Positions 8,356 to 15,815 of a DNA stretch of 64,000 bases are shown in pieces. The notes under the pieces are model-generated. The model was not told where the DNA came from. It worked only from the letters and a program-made list of their open reading frames with translations, and did no database searches. The stretch is from assembly GCA_963762865.1 (NCBI GenBank), contig CAVXNC010000018.1:1697-65696 (forward strand). Reading direction: 5' to 3'. Source of the DNA: an uncultured Actinomycetota bacterium. Its GTDB lineage: Bacteria > Actinomycetota > Actinomycetes > JACCUZ01. The first letter of the stretch is position 1, and every line of letters starts with the position of its first letter. Made by a program: the position numbers and the translations under genes.

Positions 8356-8928
8356 TCAGGTCGGCGCGGCCACACCCCGCGGGGTCACTGCGAGCCACCG
8401 GCCGCCGTACTCCACGATGTCGTGGCAGAGCAGCTGCCCCGGGCCTTCGTGGGCGTAGAAGTACAGCGGGTGGCCCGCGTAGGTGACCTGGAGGGTCCCG
8501 TCGCGGCGCGGGACGGTCCCCAGCAGCCCGGCTTGCACCTGGCGCCGGGCCCGTGCGTCGCCCTTCGCGAGCACCGGCGGCCACGCGTCGGCGCAGGCGC
8601 CGTAGCAGCGCGGGGTCCGACCGGCCTCCCGGTCGAAGAGGTAGATCGCCTGCCGGCGGCCGTCGACCAGCACAGTGCCGTAGGCGCTGCCGGTGGTCGT
8701 GATGACCGGACCCGACGCGGCCGGCTCGGCCTCGTCGGACGCGGTCTCGTCGTCGGACCCGGTCTCGTCGTCCGACCCGGTCTCGTCGTCCGACGCGGTC
8801 TCGTCCGCTTCCGCGGACGTCACCGTCGGGCTCGGCTCGCTGCCCGCGGGCACCGTCCCGTCGTCGCCGGCTGCGCAACCGGCGAGCGCGAGGAGCAGGA
8901 CGACGGCTGCTCCGACCGTGCGGCTCAT
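8356..8928 (-). CDS. secreted lipoprotein with acidic tandem repeat (COG4315-like secreted-repeat domain)
   Basis: Lipobox LLALAGC. An 18-nt repeat gives about four DDET(G/A)S copies (about 8739..8812). The C-terminal part carries the paired motifs IYLFDRE and LYFYAHE typical of that lipoprotein family. Confidence 0.7.
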   Translation of the reverse strand: MSRTVGAAVVLLLALAGCAAGDDGTVPAGSEPSPTVTSAEADETASDDETGSDDETGSDDETASDEAEPAASGPVITTTGSAYGTVLVDGRRQAIYLFDREAGRTPRCYGACADAWPPVLAKGDARARRQVQAGLLGTVPRRDGTLQVTYAGHPLYFYAHEGPGQLLCHDIVEYGGRWLAVTPRGVAAPT

Positions 8929-8968
8929 GACGCGAGGCTACGGCCGATCCGGTCGCTAGGCTCGCGTC

Positions 8969-9877
8969 GTGCACCAGCACCGGCCGGGCGGTGACATCGC
9001 CGACCAGCGTCGGCGGCTCACCGTCGTCCTCGCGATCACCGTGACGGTCTTGGTGGTCGAGGTCGTCGGCGCGGCCGTGTCCGGGTCGCTGGCGCTGCTG
9101 GCCGACGCCGGTCACGGCATGACCGACGCGGCCGGGCTGACGCTCGCGCTCTTGGCCACCGTGATGTCGCAGCGGCCGGCGACCGCGCGACGGACGTGGG
9201 GCTACCGGCGGGCGGAGGTCCTCGGCGCCGCCGCGCAGGCCGCCGTGCTGCTTGCCGTCGGTGTCTACGTGCTCGTCGAGGGGGTGCGCCGGCTGGTCGA
9301 CCCGCCCGACGTGACGTCCACTCCGATGCTGGTCTTCGGCGCGGTCGGGCTGGCCGGCAACCTGGTCGGCGTCGCGGTCCTCGCCTCGACGAGGACGCAG
9401 AGCCTGAACATGCGGGCGGCCTTCCTCGAGGTGGTCAACGACGCCCTCGGCTCGGTGGCTGTCCTCGTCGCGGCCGGGCTGATCGCCTGGCAGGGGTGGC
9501 TGCGCGCCGACGCGGTCGCGTCACTGCTGATCGGCGTGCTCATCCTGCCGAGGACCTGGATCCTGCTGCGCGAGACCGTCGACGTCCTGCTCGAGTCGAC
9601 GCCGCGCGGTCTCGACCTCGACCGGGTGCGTGCCCGGCTGCTCGCGACGGAGCACGTGCGCGGCGTGCACGACCTGCACGCGACCCAGGTCGCGGCCAAC
9701 CTCCCCGTTCTCACCGCCCACGTCGTCGTCGAGGACTCCTGCTTCCACGACGCGCACCTGCCGGCCCTCCTCGACGAGCTGCAGCAGTGTCTCGCCGACG
9801 AGTACGACGTCGAGCACAGCACCTTCCAGTTCGAGCGCGCGGAGCACGCCGGGCACGAGCACCCGACCCACCCCTGA
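8969..9877 (+). CDS. cation diffusion facilitator (CzcD/ZitB-like) metal exporter
   Basis: 302 aa with a GTG start. It has the CDF signatures LLADAGHGMTDA and FLEVVNDALGSVAV, six TM segments, a cytoplasmic domain and a His-rich tail (AEHAGHEHPTHP). Confidence 0.85.
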   Translation: MHQHRPGGDIADQRRRLTVVLAITVTVLVVEVVGAAVSGSLALLADAGHGMTDAAGLTLALLATVMSQRPATARRTWGYRRAEVLGAAAQAAVLLAVGVYVLVEGVRRLVDPPDVTSTPMLVFGAVGLAGNLVGVAVLASTRTQSLNMRAAFLEVVNDALGSVAVLVAAGLIAWQGWLRADAVASLLIGVLILPRTWILLRETVDVLLESTPRGLDLDRVRARLLATEHVRGVHDLHATQVAANLPVLTAHVVVEDSCFHDAHLPALLDELQQCLADEYDVEHSTFQFERAEHAGHEHPTHP

Positions 9878-10147
9878 ACCCCGCCGCCGGCGCTCCGGTG
9901 AAGATCGCTGGCCCACAGCGCAGACAGGACGGGTTTGCGGTGGTTGACTCGAGGAGTCGCCCTGGACCACGGCGGTCGGTCGCCGCACACGTCGAAGAGT
10001 CGGGGCAGATGAGACGCGCGAGCAGGACAGCGGCAGCCCCCGACGTCTAGACGTCCTTCCTTGCATCTCCCGGCGTCCCCAGACGTCCTTCGATCGCCCG
10101 GCGTCGCCTGGCGTGCCTGACGTCCCGCCAACCCGAGGAGCACGCCG

Positions 10148-12363
10148 ATGTTGGTCCGCCTTGCTGACTGGTGCCACCGGCGTCGCCGCCTGGTGGTTGC
10201 ACTGTGGGTCCTCGCCCTCGTGGGGTCGTTCGCCCTGTCCGGAGCGTTCGGGGGCGAGTTCAAGCAGAACTACCTGCAGCCCGGGTCGGAGTCGAAGGCT
10301 GCCTCGGACACGCTGACCACGAGCTTCCCGGAGCGTGCCGGCGACACCCTCCAGGTCGTGGTGCACTCCGATGCCGGCGTCAGCACGCCGGAGGTGCAGG
10401 CGCGCGCGGCGGAGCTCTTTGCCGACGTCGCCCGCAGCGCACACGTCGTGAGCGTCACCAGCCCGTTCACCGAGGCGGGTGCCGGCCAGATCTCCGAGGA
10501 CGGCACCACCGCGTACGCCGACGTCGCCCTCGACCTGAAGGACAACGAGTTCACCATCGAGCAGGCCAAGACCCTGGTCGAGCCGATCCTCGCCGCCGGT
10601 GACGGCGCCCTGCGCGTCGAGGCCGGAGGGCCGGTCGCTGCCCTGTCGCAGACCGCCTCCGTCTCCTCCGAAGGCATCGGGCTCCTCGCGGCGGCCATCA
10701 TCCTGCTGATCACCTTCGGGTCCGCGGTCGCGATGGGACTGCCCCTGTTGACGGCCCTGTTCGGTCTCGGCATCGCCACCGCGATCGGCGGTCTGGTGAT
10801 GCGTCTCGTCGATGTCCCCGACTGGGCGCCGCCCACGGCCGCGATGATCGGCCTCGGCATCGGCATCGACTACGCCCTGCTGATCGTCACCCGGTTCCGC
10901 GGCAGCCTGGCCCAGGGTCAGGACCCTCGCCGCGCCACCCTGACTGCGATCAGCACCGCGGGGCGAGCCGTCCTGTTCGCCGGGCTCACCGTGATGGTGT
11001 CCATGCTCGGCATCCTGCTCATGGGCCAGCCGTCGATGACCGGCTTCGCCTTCACCGTGATCCCGCGGTGTTCATCGTGATGGCCGCGTCGGTCACCCTG
11101 CTCCCCGCGATGCTCGGGTTCGCCGGGCGCAACATCGAGCGCTGGCACGTGCCGTTCGTGAACCGGGACCCGCGCCCGTCGGAGTCGTCGCGCTGGTTCC
11201 GCTGGAGCCGACTGGTCCAGAACCGGCCGTGGCCGGCCGCCATCGTCGGCCTCGTGGTCCTGCTTGCCCTGGCCGCCCCGTTCCTCGACATCCGATGGGG
11301 CTTCCCGGACGCGAAGAGCGACCCGCCGTCGTCCACGAGCCGGCAGGCCTATGACCTGCTCGCCGACGGTTTCGGTCCTGGTTTCTCCGCGCCGCTGCTG
11401 CTCACCGTGCAGGGGCAGTCGGGCGAGGCACTGCAGACCGGTGCGGACACCCTCGCGGGCGAGCTGGGCCGGGTGGACGGCGTCGCGCGTGTCGAGTCGG
11501 CCGTCCTGAACCCGGCAGGTAACACCGCGCTGCTGCGGGTCGTCCCCACGACGTCCCCGCAGGACGCGGCCACTGCTGACCTTGTCGACAACCTGCGTGC
11601 GGACGCCCTCCCGGCCGCAACCGCCGGTACGGCGCTCACCGTGGACGTCGGCGGTGCGGTCGCCGCCAACCTCGACACGACCCGCGGCACGGCCGACCGG
11701 CTCCCGCTGTTCTTCGGTGGCGTGCTGGTGTTGTCGTTCCTGCTGCTGATGACCGTGTTCCGGTCCGTCGTGGTCGCTCTCAAGGCCGTCGCCATGAACG
11801 TGCTCGCGACGGCAGCCGCCTTCGGCGTGCTCGCCCTGGCCGTCAACGGCGGTCCGCTCGGTGACCTGGTGGGGATCCCGGAGGCGGTCCCGGTCCCCAT
11901 CCAGCTGCCCATCGGCATCTTCGCTGTGCTGTTCGGGCTCTCGATGGACTACGAGATCTTCCTGCTGTCCAGGATCAAGGAGGAGTACGACCGGACGGGT
12001 GACAACGCTCTGGCGGTCGCCGACGGCCTGGCGAAGTCGGCTCGCGTGATCACCGCCGGTGCCGCCGTCATGGTCACCGTCTTCCTCTCCTTCGCCCTCG
12101 GTGACCTCGCCCTGCAGAAGATGTTCGGCATCGGGCTGGCCGCGGCCATCCTGATCGACGCCACCCTCGTCCGGATGGTGCTCGTCCCCGCGACGATGGA
12201 GCTGCTCGGCGACCGCAACTGGTGGCTCCCCGGCTGGCTCGACCGCCTCCTGCCGGAGATCCACGTCGAGGGCCACGAGGTCACCGACCAGGAGATCGAC
12301 GTCCGGGACGCCATCGGTCGTCAGCGACGGCCTGTCGACCTACCGACAGCGACGGGGGTCTAG
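10148..12363 (+). pseudogene. MMPL-family RND transporter, split by one frame shift near 11060-11068
   Basis: ORFs 10148..11080 and 11068..12363 are the two halves of a single MMPL protein. The first half reads ...GIGIDYALLIVTRF...MTGFAFTVIPRCSS*. The second continues as FIVMAASVTLLPAMLGFAGRNIERW...GLSMDYEIFLLSRIKEEY... The join reads naturally as ...AFTVI-AAVFIVMAAS... if one base is restored. RBS GAGGAG lies 7 nt before ATG 10148. Confidence 0.8.
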
Positions 12364-12379
12364 CCGGCCCCACGCACCC

Positions 12380-12400
12380 GGCAGCGCAACCGCCGCTGCC
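12380..12400 (+). terminator. stem-loop after the MMPL gene
   Basis: GGCAGCG-caaccgc-CGCTGCC, a 7-bp stem and 7-nt loop, 17 nt after the stop. There is no U tract, which is common in high-GC actinobacteria. Confidence 0.35.
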
Positions 12401-12440
12401 GCCCGGCGCTGCTTGCGATACGCCCGGCGCTAACGCATCA

Positions 12441-12467
12441 TTGGCACTCGTCAGACGAGAGTGCCAG
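12441..12467 (+). promoter_or_regulatory. CIRCE element (HrcA operator)
   Basis: TTGGCACTC-N9-GAGTGCCAG against the consensus TTAGCACTC-N9-GAGTGCTAA, with exact 9-nt spacing. It sits just downstream of a plausible promoter, TTGCGA (12413..12418)-N17-CATCAT (12436..12441). It is 19 nt upstream of the zinc-ribbon gene's start codon. Confidence 0.7.
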
Positions 12468-12485
12468 AACGCCAGGAGGACGTAC

Positions 12486-12938
12486 GTGCCGACGTACCAG
12501 TACGCCTGCACCGAGTGCGGCCACGGGTTCGAGACCGTGCAGTCCTTCAGCGAGGACGCCCTGACCGAGTGCCCGCAGTGCACCGGCCGGCTGCGCAAGG
12601 TCTTCAACTCGGTCGGCATCGTCTTCAAGGGCTCGGGCTTCTACCGGACGGACAGCCGGGAGAAGCCGAAGGACGACGCGGCCAAGAGCAGCAAGGACGG
12701 CGCAGGCACCGGCGCAGGTGACACCAAGAAGGCCGACTCGTCGTCGGGTGTGGCGGCCTCCGGCGGCTCGTCCTCCTCGGAGTCCTCGTCGGGGTCGTCG
12801 TCGGGCAAGTCCTCCTCGTCGGGCAAGTCCTCGTCGTCCGGCTCGTCATCGTCCGGGTCCTCCGGTTCGTCGGGTTCGTCCCGCTCGTCCAGCGCCGGTT
12901 CGTCCGGCTCGTCCTCGTCCGCCGGCAGCGCCGCCTGA
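12486..12938 (+). CDS. FmdB-family zinc-ribbon protein with Ser/Gly-rich disordered tail (Rv0991c/Ruc-like)
   Basis: GTG at 12486, preceded by AGGAGGA. The N-terminus is PTYQYACTECGHGFETVQSFSEDALTECPQCTGRLRKVF (CxxC...CxxC). About 100 aa of S/G low complexity follow. The ORF-track start at 12222 is an upstream extension. Confidence 0.8.
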   Translation: MPTYQYACTECGHGFETVQSFSEDALTECPQCTGRLRKVFNSVGIVFKGSGFYRTDSREKPKDDAAKSSKDGAGTGAGDTKKADSSSGVAASGGSSSSESSSGSSSGKSSSSGKSSSSGSSSSGSSGSSGSSRSSSAGSSGSSSSAGSAA

Positions 12939-13071
12939 CGCACAGCCGGCGGTGCGACGAAAAAGGGTCAGCCTCTGTCAGTTCGCCGACAGACGGCGAC
13001 CGGCTTGCGGATGAAGGTGAGCCCAGCGGGTCACCGCGACCCGCAGCACCCGTAGGACAACGGAGGTCGTC

Positions 13072-13306
13072 ATGAGCGATCAGGGCAACGAGAAGCCGAA
13101 CGTCGAGCTTCAGACCGACGACGACGTCGAGGGCCACCAGCGAGCCCAAGTGGCACGCCATCGACGACGAGCCCGCCGAGGGCGAAGGCGCCGACGACGT
13201 CGAGGGCCACCAGCGACCCAAGTGGCACGCCATCGAGGAAGAGCCCGCCGCCGAGAGCACCGACGACGACGACGTCGAGGGCCACCAGCGGCCCAAGTGG
13301 CACTGA
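13072..13306 (+). CDS. small acidic repeat protein (3 x DDVEGHQRPKWH); needs a +1 frame correction at 13144
   Basis: ATG at 13072 lies 5 nt after GGAGG. The motif gacgtcgagggccaccagcg(a/g)cccaagtggcac recurs at 13123, 13196 and 13271. Copy 1 carries one extra G at 13144. Skipping it gives a 77-aa product ending at TGA 13304..13306, with G/C-rich third positions throughout. The uninterrupted 91-aa ORF (to 13347) reads the repeats out of frame as an Arg-rich tail with many A-ending codons. Confidence 0.55.
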
Positions 13307-13514
13307 CCGTTCGTCAGTCCCGCTCGGTTCGCGACTCCACTCCCTGACGGGGGATCTCGTACCAGGTAGCCAAGGCACGAACACACTCACGGCAGCTTCC
13401 GGACCTCGGAGGCTGCCGTGAGTGGTTCCAGGCCACACCGTCCACAGCACTGCTGAGCGTGCACGGCTGTGGACAAGGCGAGCGGCGCTGTCGCCGTCGT
13501 TAGGCTCCTGGCCC

Positions 13515-14354
13515 ATGACGAGCCAGCCGAACGCCGGCAGCTACTCCGGTCCTACCGCCGACGTCGGCGTCATCGGCGGATCGGGCTTGTACTCCCTCTT
13601 CGACGGCGACACCGTCGAGATCGAGACCCCGTGGGGATCGCCCAGCGACGCGCTGACCATCGCGGAGGTGGGTGGCCGGCGGGTCGCCTTCCTGCCGCGC
13701 CACGGTGTCGGGCACCGCTTCCCGCCGCACCGCGTCAACTACCGGGCCAACCTCTGGGCGCTGCGGACCGTCGGGGTCCGGCAGGTGCTCGGCCCGTGCG
13801 CCGTGGGTTCGCTCAAGCCCGAGCACGACGCGGGCACGGTCATCGTCCCCGACCAGCTGGTCGACCGCACCTGGGGCCGGGCGCACACCTACTTCGACGA
13901 GCCCAACGGCGTGGTGCACGTCGGATTCGCGGACCCCTACTGCCCGCAGGGCAGGCGAGCGGTGCTCGACGCCGGCCAAGCCCGCGGTCAGGCGCTGGTC
14001 GACGGGGGAACCCTGGTCGTCATCAACGGACCGCGATTCTCCACCCGTGCCGAGTCGCTGTGGCATCAGGCGCAGGGCTGGTCGATCGTCGGGATGACGG
14101 CAGCCCCCGAAGCGAGCCTGGCCCGCGAGCTGGCGATGTGCTTCACCACCACCGCCCTGGTCACCGACCTCGACGCCGGTCTGGAGCACGGCGACGGCGT
14201 GACGCACGAGGAGGTGCTGCGGGTCTTCGCCGCGAACATCGAAGTGGTGCGCGCCCTCGTCCTCGACACGATCGCGAAGCTGCCGGGTCCCGACGCCGAC
14301 TGCTCGTGCCATCACGCGCTCGACGGTCAGCGGCTCCCCTTCGACCTGCCGTGA
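13515..14354 (+). CDS. mtnP: S-methyl-5'-thioadenosine phosphorylase
   Basis: ATG at 13515 (MTSQPNAG...). Motifs include VGVIGGSGLY, FLPRHGVGHRFPPHRVNYRANLWAL, INGPRFSTRAES and GMTAAPEASLARE. These mark a PNP/MTAP family protein. Confidence 0.85.
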   Translation: MTSQPNAGSYSGPTADVGVIGGSGLYSLFDGDTVEIETPWGSPSDALTIAEVGGRRVAFLPRHGVGHRFPPHRVNYRANLWALRTVGVRQVLGPCAVGSLKPEHDAGTVIVPDQLVDRTWGRAHTYFDEPNGVVHVGFADPYCPQGRRAVLDAGQARGQALVDGGTLVVINGPRFSTRAESLWHQAQGWSIVGMTAAPEASLARELAMCFTTTALVTDLDAGLEHGDGVTHEEVLRVFAANIEVVRALVLDTIAKLPGPDADCSCHHALDGQRLPFDLP

Positions 14355-14393
14355 CACCACGTCGGCTGTCACGCCCTTCCTGAGGGCTGATCC

Positions 14394-15071
14394 GTGAGCG
14401 GCAGCGGCGCCGGGCCGACCGGGGCGACCCGATGGATGCGTGACCTGATCCGGACCGGCAGGTGGCACCGACGGCTGCTCGCCTCCGGTCTCCTCGCCGG
14501 CGCGATGGCCGTCGGGCTGCAGGCCTTGGAGCCACCGCCTCCTCCGTCGGTCCCGGTGGTCACGGCTGCACGGGACATCGAGTCCGGGAGCCGCCTCGGC
14601 CCGGCCGACCTGGCCGTTACTCGGCTGTCGCCGTCTTCGGTCCCGGACGGAGCGATCACCTCGATCGCCGCTGCCTTGTCGCGAACTCTCGTCTCTGCCG
14701 CGCGACGCGGCGAGCCGCTGACCGATGTGCGGATGGCCGGTGCCGGTCCCCGCGCGACGAATGAGGACGGCACCGTGAGTGTTCCGGTCCGGATCGCCGA
14801 CGCCGAGGCCGTAGCCCTGCTGCGGCCCGGCGACGTCGTCGACGTTCTCGGCGCCGCCCCGTCGGTCGACGGCTCCGGCGGTACGTCCGCCCGGTTGCTC
14901 GCCTCGGCGGTCCGGGTGCTAACCGTGCCGAGGACCGACAGCGGCTCGGGCTTGGGCGACCTCGGAGGCGACGGAGCGCTCGTGGTGGTCACGACCACCG
15001 CCACGACGGCGACCCGCCTCGCCGGCGCGGCCGTGACCGACCGGCTGTCGCTGGTCCTCCGTGGGCGATGA
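14394..15071 (+). CDS. SAF-domain protein (CpaB/RcpC-like)
   Basis: 225 aa with a GTG start. An N-terminal TM segment (LLASGLLAGAMAVGL) is followed by VVTAARDIESGSRLGPADL, a SAF-type beta-clip. Its position next to mscL is the usual actinobacterial synteny. Confidence 0.65.
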   Translation: MSGSGAGPTGATRWMRDLIRTGRWHRRLLASGLLAGAMAVGLQALEPPPPPSVPVVTAARDIESGSRLGPADLAVTRLSPSSVPDGAITSIAAALSRTLVSAARRGEPLTDVRMAGAGPRATNEDGTVSVPVRIADAEAVALLRPGDVVDVLGAAPSVDGSGGTSARLLASAVRVLTVPRTDSGSGLGDLGGDGALVVVTTTATTATRLAGAAVTDRLSLVLRGR

Positions 15072-15144
15072 GCCGGCGGAATGACAGGGCCAGGTGGTTC
15101 TGACAGCGTGTGCTCTCTCTGACCCAGCAACTCGGGAGGATCCC

Positions 15145-15591
15145 GTGATCAAGGGCTTCAAGGACTTCCTGCTTCGCGGCAACGTCATCGACCTGGCAGT
15201 CGCGGTCGTCCTCGCCAGTGCTTTCGGGCTCGTGGTTGCCGCGTTCTCCGCCGACTTCATCGGCGGGATCATCGGGGCCATCGGCGGCACTCCCGACTTC
15301 AGCAGCGCCGGTTTCACGGTGAACGGCAGCAAGATCATCATCGGATCGACCATCAACGCCCTGATCAACTTCGTGATCGTGGCTGCTGCGGTCTACTTCT
15401 TCGTCGTCGTGCCGGTCAACAAGCTCATGGAGCGGCGGAAGCGCGGCGAAGAGCCCGAGGTGGCCGCGCCGTCCGAGGACATCCTCCTGCTGCAGGAGAT
15501 ACGCGACCTGCTGAGGGACCAGCGCGGCACCGGACCGGCAGGCGCTGGCACGACACCGGGTGGTCCCGCACCAGGTGGTCCCGCGATCTGA
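15145..15591 (+). CDS. mscL: large-conductance mechanosensitive channel
   Basis: GTG at 15145 lies 4 nt after GGGAGGA. The N-terminus reads IKGFKDFLLRGNVIDLAVAVVLASAFG, and the TM2 region has FVIVAAAVYFFVVVPVNKL. Confidence 0.9.
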   Translation: MIKGFKDFLLRGNVIDLAVAVVLASAFGLVVAAFSADFIGGIIGAIGGTPDFSSAGFTVNGSKIIIGSTINALINFVIVAAAVYFFVVVPVNKLMERRKRGEEPEVAAPSEDILLLQEIRDLLRDQRGTGPAGAGTTPGGPAPGGPAI

Positions 15592-15618
15592 CCGGCGCGA
15601 GCAGGCCGCTCGCGTACA

Positions 15619-15777
15619 TCACCAGTGCGGCGGCTTCTCCCGGATCAACCGCTCGTCGTCACTGAGCTCGTCGTCGTTCTCGCCCCACCCGCGATCGGTG
15701 TCGTCGGAGGTCTGCTCCGGCAGCACCTCGTCGTCGCCGTGGGCGTGGTCCCGGTCGGGCCCATTCTGGTCACTCAC
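15619..15777 (-). CDS. small acidic protein (52 aa), C-terminus ...ERLIREKPPHW
   Basis: Below the ORF-track length cut-off. My reverse-strand translation is VSDQNGPDRDHAHGDDEVLPEQTSDDTDRGWGENDDELSDDERLIREKPPHW*. Third codon positions are almost all G/C. It fills the mscL/HNH gap. Confidence 0.45.
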   Translation of the reverse strand: MSDQNGPDRDHAHGDDEVLPEQTSDDTDRGWGENDDELSDDERLIREKPPHW

Positions 15778-15815
15778 CCGACCAGCCTAAGTGGCAGCCT
15801 GTACTGGGTGTCGGC

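Noticed and set aside
8739-8812. Tandem 18-nt repeats (also 12790..12850, 13123..13303 and 29655..29690) considered as CRISPR-like or non-coding satellite arrays
   Set aside because: All are in-frame coding repeats (DDETGS, S/G tail, DDVEGHQRPKWH, Gly12). They have no spacer-repeat organisation, and there are no cas genes.
12641-12943. 100-aa extremely acidic minus-strand ORF (PDEPEDPDDDEPDDEDLPDEEDLPDDDPDEDSEEDE...)
   Set aside because: It is simply the reverse complement of the Ser/Gly-rich tail of the zinc-ribbon gene. It has no start context of its own.
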